DNA from: Candidatus Scalinduaceae bacterium
Lineage (GTDB): Bacteria; Planctomycetota; Brocadiia; Brocadiales; Scalinduaceae
Direction: 5' to 3'
DNA: 53,937 nt
NCBI GenBank assembly: GCA_046759445.1
Contig: JBHICG010000016.1
Span: forward strand, 1 to 53,937
The position numbers and the translations under genes are program-made. The notes below the pieces were generated by a model. That model searched no databases and had not been told where the DNA came from. It worked only from the letters and a program-made list of their open reading frames with translations. Position 1 is the stretch's first letter; each line of letters starts with the position of its first letter. This document shows positions 7,430 through 16,051 of the stretch, piece by piece.

Positions 7430-10228
7430 TTATGCTGCAATCTTATTATAAATATCTATAATTTCCTGCAATTCTTCTTCTGAAAAGAGTCTTGTAGCTG
7501 CGTCTGCTCCGAACTGTGTAAATGGTGGTTCAAATAAATCTGTATATTCTATTTGCTTCTTTTGAGCAAATACATTTTTTACTGTCCTTAAAAATCTTAT
7601 TTGCTCTGCGGAAAGTGGGTTTTTATTATTTCTTTCTACAACATAAGTTTGAAAAGACTCATTAATTAATTCTTTAGCATCAGGAAATTTATACTTTCCC
7701 AATATACTCTTTAGAAACTGAATAAGTGTGCCGTACGGCTGTAGAAATGCTTTACGCAGATTGTCCTCACTTATATATAACTCAGGGCTATTGAGTGTAT
7801 CTTCCAGATCGGCTAGATCTTTATCCGTAATAGGGATATCATCCTTTATCTTCTGTAAAGCAGGGTGAGTTTCTGCCATATCCAAAACCTTCTTTTCAAT
7901 CTTTTCTATGTAGTTTGCCACATAATCACCTTCACCTTCCGGACCAAATTCAATCCATTTTCTTTCAACAACTAAGTCATCCAGGTCTAACGTTACCATT
8001 TCTCTGCCCTCGGGTAACTTGTACTTCATGATTTCAGTTAGATTATCCTTCATATACTCACACTTTTCATAATCAAGATCATACCAGAATTCTTCTGATA
8101 GAACTTTATTAATATGTTCTTCTTTTTCCTTAATTACACTTAAGTTTCTGGGAAGGCGTTTTATATCATCAATAATAGACTCTTTGATTCGTTTTATTTC
8201 CTCTTGATTGGTTTGCAACAGAGAAAGACCAAGTTTTTCCACCTTAAGCATAAACTGGGTTTGATAAAGATTAAGGTCACTTCTAAAACGCATAAGAGGG
8301 GCTATCTTTTTGTCCAAAAACTCTAATGATTTTTTATCAAGATCCTGCCAAACAGAATCAGAAAGTGCTTTGTCTATATTTCGTCTATTTTCTTTCACTG
8401 TAATGGAATTTCCAGGTAGGTTTTTTATATCATTAATGATTTCTGTCTTTACCTTTTCGAACCTTTGTAAATCTTTGTTTTCTTGAAAAAGCTTTAATTT
8501 GGCCAACCGTATCTTGAAAATTTTCACTGGAACAGCATCTTGCACTGGTGGGGCCTCTCCCTCCGGTTTCTCACCAAAGTATTCAAAGTTATTCCAATGG
8601 TCTATAATGAGGAATTTATCTTTGTAAGTACACCATGGTTTCCTGTTTGAGATGTCCTTTTCCAGAGTGCGTGTGCCACGGCCAATCATCTGCCAGAATT
8701 TAATCTTACTAAATACAGGTTTGGCAAAAACAAGATTGACAACCTCATGTATATCCACACCCGTATCTAACATATCCACAGATATGGCAATTCTTGGGAA
8801 GTTTTCATTTTTGAACTTATCTATGAGCTTCAGTGGTCTTTCCATCTTAGAATCTATAATTTCTACCAGACGTCCTTTATACTCAGGATATAATCTATTA
8901 AAAACCTCCCAAAGCCTTTTTGCGTGATTGTGTGAAATAGCGAAGATGATGGATTTACCTGGAAGGACTCCAGAATCGTCCTTAATACAAACATCCATAA
9001 ATTCCCTGGCCAGAGATTCATTAGTACCGATATTTGTAACTTTCTTCTCTAAATCTGTTCCTTCAAAATTTATATCTTCGAGAGTCAATCCTTCTTCAAC
9101 AAGTTTCTTTTGAATGCTTGGCGGCAATTCATTTCCCTTGATACCCTTTATCTGGAAATTTGTTTGAGCGGCGTATGGAGGTCTGAAATCAACTAAATGA
9201 TGTTCTTTGACTGCGCTATCATAAGCATAATTATAAGTAGGTACGTTTTCATCACAACCAAAGAATTTAAATGTATCTCTTTCGATATAGTCAGAGGGTG
9301 TTGCTGTAAGTCCGATTTGAATGGCGTGAAAATAACTTAATACGTCTCTCCATTTATTGTAAATTGAACGATGACACTCATCAGAGATTATAATGTCAAA
9401 GAAACCTGGAGATACTTTATGAAAACACTCCATCATTGTCTGTATCGTTGCAACAAAAAGGCGGGATGATGAATCTATTTCACCAGCTTTTATATAACTT
9501 CGTGATTCATTTGGAAGATGTTGTTTGAAACCATCACGATAAGCTTGGATTGCCAATGCCTCTCTATCTACTAAAAAAAGCACTTTTTGTACCCAACCTG
9601 CACGCATAAGGACATCAATTAAGGCCATAGCAGTTCTTGTCTTTCCTGTTCCTGTTGCCATAACTAAAAGAAATTTTCTTCTGTTTTTTATAAGACGATC
9701 AAAGACATGCTTTATTGCCTCTATCTGGTAATCTCTATCCACAATTGTAGGTTTTATGGTAACAGAATGCAGGTCTTTTCTAAATTCGTTCTGGTGTCGA
9801 ATGCGCTCCAGGTCATGTCTTGTAAAGAAATCGTGGATCATAGCTGGAGCATAACGCTGTCTATTCCAATACCACATTTCATATCCATTTGTAAGGAAGA
9901 TAAACGGATCAAATCCTGTTATTTTCTTTATACCATCTGCATAATCTTCAGCCTGTTGTTTACCTACCACTGGGTCACGGGATGTACGTTTTGCCTCTAT
10001 AACAGCTAGTGGATCTCCAGCCCTGTCAAGTAAAAGATAATCTGAAAACCCTGAAGGATTAAAATCTGGACGATTTTGAGCACTTGTAGGACGAGAAATA
10101 CCTGTTCCCGTTATTTCGAATTCTTCTATTACTTCCGAATGGTCATTTAAATGCCAGCCAGCTTTTTCCAGTAAGCCATCAATAATCTTTTTGCGAGTTT
10201 GATTTTCTGATAAATTTTCGTTTAACAT
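7430..10228 (-). CDS. hsdR: Type I restriction endonuclease subunit R (EcoEI/EcoAI-like C-terminus)
   Basis: Nuclease motif SDYLLLD...VIEAK, Walker A ATGTGKT, DECH, QMIGRGTR, C-terminal LFEPPFTQFG. Confidence 0.95.
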   Translation of the reverse strand: MLNENLSENQTRKKIIDGLLEKAGWHLNDHSEVIEEFEITGTGISRPTSAQNRPDFNPSGFSDYLLLDRAGDPLAVIEAKRTSRDPVVGKQQAEDYADGIKKITGFDPFIFLTNGYEMWYWNRQRYAPAMIHDFFTRHDLERIRHQNEFRKDLHSVTIKPTIVDRDYQIEAIKHVFDRLIKNRRKFLLVMATGTGKTRTAMALIDVLMRAGWVQKVLFLVDREALAIQAYRDGFKQHLPNESRSYIKAGEIDSSSRLFVATIQTMMECFHKVSPGFFDIIISDECHRSIYNKWRDVLSYFHAIQIGLTATPSDYIERDTFKFFGCDENVPTYNYAYDSAVKEHHLVDFRPPYAAQTNFQIKGIKGNELPPSIQKKLVEEGLTLEDINFEGTDLEKKVTNIGTNESLAREFMDVCIKDDSGVLPGKSIIFAISHNHAKRLWEVFNRLYPEYKGRLVEIIDSKMERPLKLIDKFKNENFPRIAISVDMLDTGVDIHEVVNLVFAKPVFSKIKFWQMIGRGTRTLEKDISNRKPWCTYKDKFLIIDHWNNFEYFGEKPEGEAPPVQDAVPVKIFKIRLAKLKLFQENKDLQRFEKVKTEIINDIKNLPGNSITVKENRRNIDKALSDSVWQDLDKKSLEFLDKKIAPLMRFRSDLNLYQTQFMLKVEKLGLSLLQTNQEEIKRIKESIIDDIKRLPRNLSVIKEKEEHINKVLSEEFWYDLDYEKCEYMKDNLTEIMKYKLPEGREMVTLDLDDLVVERKWIEFGPEGEGDYVANYIEKIEKKVLDMAETHPALQKIKDDIPITDKDLADLEDTLNSPELYISEDNLRKAFLQPYGTLIQFLKSILGKYKFPDAKELINESFQTYVVERNNKNPLSAEQIRFLRTVKNVFAQKKQIEYTDLFEPPFTQFGADAATRLFSEEELQEIIDIYNKIAA

Positions 10229-10233
10229 ATTAA

Positions 10234-10932
10234 TTAATATTTCTTAGTTACTCTCTTGTCAAAACTATAGAATTCCTCTTCTCCAAATATGATGTGGTCT
10301 AGGAGTTTAATATCCATAAATTTGCCTGCCTCTTTTAACGCCGAGGTAAAGGTCTCATCTTCTTTGCTCGGATTAGGCTCTCCAAAGGGATGATTATGAA
10401 TACAAATAATTCCAGAGGCAAAACTTTGCAAGGCTTTAGACATTATTTCTCTCACTATGGGATAAGACTCTGTGGGAGTCCCATGAGCTATCTCAACTAC
10501 TTCGATAATTCTATTTCTAGCGTCACATAAAATAGCCTTGAAAACTTCATTTTTAAGGCCTCCCATCCTTGATTTAAATAATTCAACCACTTCTTCGGTA
10601 AATTTAATTGTTTTTTTCTTCCCTTTTTCTTCCCGATTATTAAAACGCCTTGCAATCTCTATAGCTGCCTTTAGTTGTGCGATCTTGGCATTACCTAAAC
10701 CCTTAAAGTCCTTCCAATCTCTCATATCAGTATGACTCATGTTGTGGAAGGTTTTAAATTTTCGTAATATTCCTCTGGCCAGATCAATAGCACTTTGTCC
10801 CTTTATACCTGTTCTTAAAAGAATTGCTAACAACTCCGAATCACTTAATGTATGTTCACCATTCTTTAGCAATTTTTCTCTTGGCCTGTCTTCCTTTGGC
10901 CAGCCTTTTATAGATGTGTTATGCTTTTTCAT
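10234..10932 (-). CDS. radC: RadC-family protein (JAB/MPN domain)
   Basis: DRPREKL...LSDSELLAILLRTG; JAB motif HNHPFG...SKED...LLDHII. Confidence 0.93.
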   Translation of the reverse strand: MKKHNTSIKGWPKEDRPREKLLKNGEHTLSDSELLAILLRTGIKGQSAIDLARGILRKFKTFHNMSHTDMRDWKDFKGLGNAKIAQLKAAIEIARRFNNREEKGKKKTIKFTEEVVELFKSRMGGLKNEVFKAILCDARNRIIEVVEIAHGTPTESYPIVREIMSKALQSFASGIICIHNHPFGEPNPSKEDETFTSALKEAGKFMDIKLLDHIIFGEEEFYSFDKRVTKKY

Positions 10933-11186
10933 AGTGGGAATAATGGCAATCTTTTATTGATTTTTACTGGGTTTACCGTGGTGATGCAATTCATCAACAA
11001 TCAAAAATTTTACAGGTTTGCATGGTGAGTAGTAACTTGTTGCAAATATAAAAGTATATCCATCGATTGATGGAGTATGAGTCTTGCTTATGAAAGCGAG
11101 ACTTTAGTAGATTGTTGAAATTCTGAGGTTTATGATAGTGATGCTGTTTACTAAAATCAATAGGAAAAATGATGATTAAACCTATC

Positions 11187-11215
11187 TTGACAGGCTATTA
11201 CAGAAGTGATACTAT
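11187..11215 (+). promoter_or_regulatory. Sigma-70 promoter
   Basis: TTGACA-17 nt-TACTAT, upstream of an AGGAGG RBS and ATG 11252. Confidence 0.6.
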
Positions 11216-11251
11216 CCACATGCTTATCATTAAAGATAGGAGGATTATACT

Positions 11252-11326
11252 ATGATTAATGGTCAAGAAAGAAGAAAATATGGAAGAATAGAAAAACCTT
11301 TTATGGCAAGTTTCCGAATCAAATAA
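11252..11326 (+). pseudogene. N-terminal fragment of a PilZ-domain protein
   Basis: MINGQERRKYGRIEKPFMASFRIK* has the PilZ-type ERRxxxR start, a strong RBS and a promoter, then stops after 24 aa. Confidence 0.6.
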
Positions 11327-11432
11327 TATGAAGTTTTAGAGTAGAAAAATCAAATGGAAAAGAACTATTATTTGAAAATCATAAATCTATAATAATTTTA
11401 ATAAAACTTAACCAAAGGGGGATAGAAAAGAC

Positions 11433-11678
11433 ATGGATAGAATATATTCAAAATGTTTTTACGTGTTCACAATTGCAATAATTTCTCTTGGATTGCTTAA
11501 TATAGGATGTTCTTCCCAGTCGAAAAGAATTGCTACTCTAGAAGAAAAGGTCGAAAGACTAGAAAAAGAACGTTTAACCGGAGAGTCTACAATTAAAGGA
11601 CAAATAGACTCAGGTTATACAGATACAGGACAAACAGACTCAGATTCTACAAGTACAGGACAAACAGATAGATATTGA
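11433..11678 (+). CDS. Small lipoprotein with a coiled coil and C-terminal 10-aa repeats
   Basis: Lipobox LNIGC; 30-bp imperfect tandem repeat encoding GQ(I/T)DS...T. Confidence 0.65.
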   Translation: MDRIYSKCFYVFTIAIISLGLLNIGCSSQSKRIATLEEKVERLEKERLTGESTIKGQIDSGYTDTGQTDSDSTSTGQTDRY

Positions 11679-11738
11679 AACTACACTAAGTTTACAGAAT
11701 ATTGTAGCGACGACCCCTTTTCTTGCTTCTTAGAATCT

Positions 11739-11930
11739 TCATACGTTTTCTTTATCGACTTCTTCATATTCACTAACGTATTTACCTAACTGTTCTTTTG
11801 TAATTGCATTAATCTTAACAAGAATCTCTCCTATGCGTAAGTCTCTGTTATTTTTTTGAAATTCCAATGCATCATTTTTTGCTTCCAGTGTAATGTAATT
11901 GTTTTTAACAAAAAACTCACCTATTTTCAT
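11739..11930 (-). CDS. Small stand-alone MshEN-like (GspE N-terminal) protein
   Basis: Two repeats, KIGEFFVKNNYIT...ALEFQ and RIGEILVKINAITKEQL, resembling RLGxxLxxxxxIxxxQLxxxLxxQ. Confidence 0.6.
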   Translation of the reverse strand: MKIGEFFVKNNYITLEAKNDALEFQKNNRDLRIGEILVKINAITKEQLGKYVSEYEEVDKENV

Positions 11931-12099
11931 AAATCATTTCTCCCCATAATCTTCTCTTTTTCTCCCTTGCTTCCCTATATGCTCTTAAAAACCTATCTTG
12001 ATACTTTACGTTAGGCGGTATAGTCATAACACTGGCATAACCAGCCTTAACAATTTCTTCATTAAGCATCTTACCATTTGAAAGATATACATAGCCTAA
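11917..12099 (-). pseudogene. 3' remnant of a thermonuclease (SNase-family) gene
   Basis: LGYVYLSNGKMLNEEIVKAGYASVMTIPPNVKYQDRFLRAYREAREKKRRLWGE is the SNase C-terminal signature. It starts exactly at the attC crossover G|TTAGGC; the 5' half is absent. Confidence 0.85.
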
Positions 12100-12157
12100 C
12101 GTCCAAGCTCAGCGGCGCGGCTTGTCCTCGTCCGCTGCAGTGCCCTGGGCGTTCTCT
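12094..12157 (-). other. Integron attC site (R'' degenerate)
   Basis: Minus strand AGAGAAC...CTGCAGCGGACG...CGCCGCTGAGCTTGGAC-GTTAGGC: imperfect inverted repeat ending in GTTRRRY. Confidence 0.7.
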
Positions 12158-12438
12158 ACTTTGACTTCTCCTGTCTTGGTCTGTGACTCGGTCTTTTTTC
12201 CTGTGACAAACTGTTTTGCACCAACAAAGAACCCAAAGAACCCGCCGAAGTAAATGAGGATCCAAAGTAAGCTAACTGTTATCTTGATCAAACTCGCAAT
12301 TGTCCCCTTGCTGAGGACCCCGTCTATGAAATCGTCTAAACGGTAGTGTGCTTGAAACAGAAAAAGCACTACCGCGATCCCTATCCACACCAGGCAGAAC
12401 GTCATCGTACCCATCGCTTCTTTTCGTTCTTCTTTCAT
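12109..12438 (-). CDS. Integron cassette gene, hypothetical 2-TM membrane protein
   Basis: AAAGGAG RBS just after the attC crossover, ATG 12438; GC content looks higher than the flanks; stop codon lies inside the attC. Confidence 0.7.
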   Translation of the reverse strand: MKEERKEAMGTMTFCLVWIGIAVVLFLFQAHYRLDDFIDGVLSKGTIASLIKITVSLLWILIYFGGFFGFFVGAKQFVTGKKTESQTKTGEVKVENAQGTAADEDKPRR

Positions 12439-12453
12439 CTTTCGTCTCCTTTC

Positions 12454-12561
12454 TGCTAACGAAAAGGCTGAACTACGGCGGGGATAAAGGAGACTTGGTG
12501 AGTCTCTAAAAACAAAATAGCACACAGAGTGTACGCCGTTAGCTCCAGCCGCTTGTTATCT
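12454..12561 (-). other. Integron attC site
   Basis: Minus strand AGATAAC-AAGC-GGCTGGAGCTAACGGCG...CGCCGTAGTTCAGCC-TTTTC-GTTAGCA. The arms pair with two unpaired extra bases; it directly follows the vapC stop. Confidence 0.88.
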
Positions 12562-12563
12562 TA

Positions 12564-12929
12564 TTATTTCTTATCAAAACCCAAAGCAAGTTTTTTAGAT
12601 ATTTCATTAAGTTTTTTGTCAAGCGTCCAGATAGGGACTCTTGTCAATACTGCTGAAGCAAGCAAGTGGATGTCAATATATCCTAATCCTTTTCCCATCA
12701 ATCGATTATTCTCTATGAAAAGCAAAACTTCTTCATGTTCTGCTTGGATTGCCATAGGTAGCGTTTGAAGAAGTGAAAGTATCTCATATCTGTTCTTGAG
12801 ATGCCCACAAGCCAACTCGCCAACAATGAAAGGATGACAAATAACATAGCCATTATTCAATAAGTTTATGAGCTTGGCATTGCCTTCTCGAAAGTGGAAT
12901 ACCCACACTGATGTGTCAACAAGAAGCAT
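12564..12929 (-). CDS. vapC: PIN-domain toxin
   Basis: LVDTSVW...IVGELACG...IDIHLLASA...WTLDKKL. Confidence 0.93.
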   Translation of the reverse strand: MLLVDTSVWVFHFREGNAKLINLLNNGYVICHPFIVGELACGHLKNRYEILSLLQTLPMAIQAEHEEVLLFIENNRLMGKGLGYIDIHLLASAVLTRVPIWTLDKKLNEISKKLALGFDKK

Positions 12930-12930
12930 C

Positions 12931-13128
12931 TTATAGGTTTCCTGTTTTTCTCCTGGGTATCATCGTCAATTTCTTCTCAGTACCCCCCAATTTAGCAAGT
13001 CTCTTGCTACTCTCCATTGCAATCAGGGCTTCCAATCCCAATTTGACAAGAGCTGTTTTTTCCTTAACACCGGTCAATTTTGATGCCTTTTCAATCAACT
13101 TATCTTCTATATTTAATGTTGTTCTCAT
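12931..13128 (-). CDS. vapB: VapB-family antitoxin
   Basis: MRTTLNIEDKLIEKA...EKTALVKLGLEALIA; 65 aa, 1 bp upstream of vapC. Confidence 0.92.
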   Translation of the reverse strand: MRTTLNIEDKLIEKASKLTGVKEKTALVKLGLEALIAMESSKRLAKLGGTEKKLTMIPRRKTGNL

Positions 13129-13144
13129 AATTTATCACCTTATT

Positions 13145-13182
13145 ATATGCATGAGTATGTATTAATTATGCATATTTGTCAA
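13145..13182 (-). promoter_or_regulatory. vapBC promoter with inverted-repeat operator
   Basis: TTGACA-17 nt-CATACT, overlapped by ATATGCAT...ATGCATAT (13145-13152 / 13168-13175). Confidence 0.6.
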
Positions 13183-13200
13183 GAAGTTTTTCCTTGATTC

Positions 13201-13260
13201 AGATAACATTACTTTTATATTATTGTATTGATTAGTGCAGTTTTATACCTGGTTAGTCTT
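13201..13260 (-). other. attI-like integron attachment site / 5' boundary of the first cassette
   Basis: Minus strand ...ATAAAAGTAAT-G|TTATCT. GTTATCT is the exact complement of the AGATAAC R'' box of the same cassette's attC; no hairpin upstream. Confidence 0.55.
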
Positions 13261-13426
13261 TTGTCTATTAGTTTTTCAATACTTATCAGCAAAATGACTT
13301 AACAAATTATAGTTTTTTGCAATAAAAGAGTAAATATGTAACATTACATAACTTATTTTATAAGTAAATCTATTGTTATATAACGTAACTTCAACTAATA
13401 AGTGCAAAACTTAGTTTTGTAAGTTA

Positions 13427-14534
13427 CTACCGGGAGCATTAAATAGTTTACATTGAAGCATATTGAACATGCTTCTCTTTGAAATAATTTTTGACTATAT
13501 ATGGCTTACGCTGACGGTTTCTCAAATAGGATCGAACATTTTTAATGAGCTGGTCTCTGGAATAAGCTCTTTTTCTTCCAACGGCATTACTTTTAACATT
13601 CTGATTAAGGATTTCATCAGGATTTAGTTCTGGACTATATGCAGGTAGAAAGAAAACACGAATACGATTAGTATTTTTTTTTAGCCAATTTTTCAACTTA
13701 ACTGAACGATGAACAGGATGCCCATCTACAATCAAAAATATCTTACGCTTAATTTGTCTAAGCATACGCTTAAGAAAATCCCTGAATACTTCTACTCGAA
13801 ATGTGTCTTTAAAGACCATAAAATTGAGACGTCCTCTATTAGTAATGGCAGAGATCATGTTGCAAGAAAAACGTTGTCCTGTTCCGGGAATAACAGGTGT
13901 TTGGCCACGCCTTCCATAGGTACGACCAACAGTATGATCAGAACGCAGACCCATTTCATCTCCCCAGTAAATCTCGGCTTTCTCAAGCTTAGCTTGATCT
14001 CTAATCCTTGGATATTCTATTTTATGCCAATCTTTCACTTGTTCTGGCTTTTGTTCATAGGCCCTACGGAGAGGTTTTTGAGGAGAAAACCCCCATCGGG
14101 CCAAGTACCTTCCAACTGTCCAAATGGAAAGCTTTATTCCAAAACGTTTTTCTATCAACAAGGCAATAGACTCTCTTGTCCAAAGATAAAAAGGAAATTT
14201 CAGTTGTTCTGGAGTCTTATCTTGGATGGTCCTAACAATTTGAGCAGCCTGCCACGGAAGAAGGGCTCCACCTTTGGGGCGCCCTTGCTTTTTAGCTTTA
14301 AGAGATTTAGCACCATCTTCACGATATTTATTAATCCACTTACCCAATGCTTGACGTGTTATTCCAAATATTTTGGCAACCTCAACTTGAGATTTTCCAG
14401 CGATGACAGCTTTCACAGCTTTAATCCTTATCGCTTCTTGGGTACTTGGAGAAAGAGAACGGCCATCTTTTGTCTCCATTTAAGCAGTGTACCATAATTA
14501 CCAATAAATGCAAACTACTTATTGCTCTGATTAG
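13427..14534 (-). mobile_element. IS630-family insertion sequence
   Basis: Imperfect TIRs CTACCGGGAGCATTAAATAGTTTACA / CTAATCAGAGCAATAAGTAGTTTGCA, flanked by TA at 13425-13426 and 14535-14536. Confidence 0.9.
13448..14479 (-). CDS. IS630-family DDE transposase
   Basis: N-terminal HTH; WGDE, IVDGHPVH, LPAYSPELNPDE. Confidence 0.95.
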   Translation of the reverse strand: METKDGRSLSPSTQEAIRIKAVKAVIAGKSQVEVAKIFGITRQALGKWINKYREDGAKSLKAKKQGRPKGGALLPWQAAQIVRTIQDKTPEQLKFPFYLWTRESIALLIEKRFGIKLSIWTVGRYLARWGFSPQKPLRRAYEQKPEQVKDWHKIEYPRIRDQAKLEKAEIYWGDEMGLRSDHTVGRTYGRRGQTPVIPGTGQRFSCNMISAITNRGRLNFMVFKDTFRVEVFRDFLKRMLRQIKRKIFLIVDGHPVHRSVKLKNWLKKNTNRIRVFFLPAYSPELNPDEILNQNVKSNAVGRKRAYSRDQLIKNVRSYLRNRQRKPYIVKNYFKEKHVQYASM

Positions 14535-14614
14535 TAAAAGCCCAATCGGGTAACTAAATAGAACTAAATAATGACAACAGCACCCTTTATTATTGACAAG
14601 ATAAAGTAAAATGG

Positions 14615-16051
14615 TTATGTCCTTTCGGATGTCAAATATTTGTGCACCCCTTCTGCGGCCTGGCGACCCCTGAAAATAGCATCAACAACCAGGGTCGCCC
14701 CAAGTTCGGCATCACCGGCAACAAAAATACCAGGGAGACACGTCATCATATTATCATCTTTTTTTAAATTGCCTCTTTTGTCAAACTCAAGCTTCATGTC
14801 CATCAGAAGAGGGCCATGTTCGCAATGCTGAAAACCAATTGACAGAAATACCAGATCCGCCGGAATAATTTTTTCGGAATCTGGTTTTTCAGTGTAAGCG
14901 CCGCGTGAACCGTCCTTTGGCCTCGTCCACTCCAGTTCGGCCACCTTAATCCCGGTCAGACAACCCCTTTCGCCAATAAATGCTTTTGTCTGGTATTTCC
15001 AGAATCTATCACACCCTTCTTCCTGTGATGAGCTTGTTTTGAATGTTTTGGGCCATTCCGGCCAGGGATTGCAGAGCGGTCGTTCCTCAGGTGGAATATC
15101 CTGGTAATAGATATGTGTTACGCTGGCGGCTCCCTGCCGAATACTGGTTCCAATACAATCTGATCCCGTATCTCCTCCTCCAATGATGATGACATGCTTT
15201 CCCTTAGCCGTGATCACTTCATTTTCCGGAATGGTGTCGCCTGCAATTCTACGGTTTTGTTGAGCCAGGAAAGGCATAGCAAAATGGATTCCCTCCAACT
15301 CCCGCCCGGGTATTTCCAGATTCCTGGGAATTTGTGCGCCAACACAAATAACAACCGCATCAAAAGTCCGTGACAAATACATACCCGAAATGTCTGTTCC
15401 CACATTCACGCGGGTTTCAAAGACAACGCCTTCTTTGCACAACTGTTCCAGCCTTCTGTCAAGGACATGGCGGTCTAATTTATAATCTGGTATTCCATAT
15501 CGCAACATGCCTCCTATTCTATCTTCTTTTTCAAACACAATAACGTCGTGGCCTTTTCGAACTAATTGTTGTGCCGCTGCAAGTCCCGCAGGTCCCGAAC
15601 CTATGATGGCTACACGCTTGCCTGTCTTAATTACAGCAGGCTGTGGCTGGATCCAGGCTTCTTCCCATCCTCGTTCGACTAATTGCTTCTCAATCTGTCT
15701 GATTGAGACTGCTTCCCGGTTAATTGACAAGATACAGGACGGTTCACATGGAGCGGGACATACCCGTCCTGTAAATTCAGGGAAGTTGTTGGTTGAATGC
15801 AATAGCGCCAATGCCCGTTTCCAGTGGCCTCGATAAATCAGTTCGTTCCAATCCGGAATTCTGTTTTTAACGGGGCACCCGAAGGCATGGCATGTCGGAA
15901 CTCCACAATCCATACAACGACTTGCCTGTCCTTCCAATTCATCATAAGAAAGATTGCTTTCGAATTCATTAAAATCCTTTATACGTTCCTTGATCGGACG
16001 TTTGACGCCAGCCTGCCGGTCAGTCTCGAGAAATCCTGTCGGTTTACCCAC
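14615..16051 (-). CDS. gltD: Glutamate synthase small subunit
   Basis: MGKPTGF, RCMDCGVPTC..GCP, TNNFPEFTGRVCPAPCE, IGSGPAG, IGGGDTGSDC. Confidence 0.97.
   Translation of the reverse strand: MGKPTGFLETDRQAGVKRPIKERIKDFNEFESNLSYDELEGQASRCMDCGVPTCHAFGCPVKNRIPDWNELIYRGHWKRALALLHSTNNFPEFTGRVCPAPCEPSCILSINREAVSIRQIEKQLVERGWEEAWIQPQPAVIKTGKRVAIIGSGPAGLAAAQQLVRKGHDVIVFEKEDRIGGMLRYGIPDYKLDRHVLDRRLEQLCKEGVVFETRVNVGTDISGMYLSRTFDAVVICVGAQIPRNLEIPGRELEGIHFAMPFLAQQNRRIAGDTIPENEVITAKGKHVIIIGGGDTGSDCIGTSIRQGAASVTHIYYQDIPPEERPLCNPWPEWPKTFKTSSSQEEGCDRFWKYQTKAFIGERGCLTGIKVAELEWTRPKDGSRGAYTEKPDSEKIIPADLVFLSIGFQHCEHGPLLMDMKLEFDKRGNLKKDDNMMTCLPGIFVAGDAELGATLVVDAIFRGRQAAEGVHKYLTSERT

Noticed and set aside
10955..11100. 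Helicase remnant (LIVDELHH on the minus strand)
   Set aside because: Short frame with no start and no other helicase motif; probably chance.
12439..12525. N-terminal extension of ORF 12109..12525
   Set aside because: Runs through the attC site; the real start with RBS is ATG 12438.
13709..14497. 262-aa plus-strand ORF as the missing integron integrase
   Set aside because: Antisense to the IS630 transposase, with no tyrosine-recombinase R-H-R-Y motifs.
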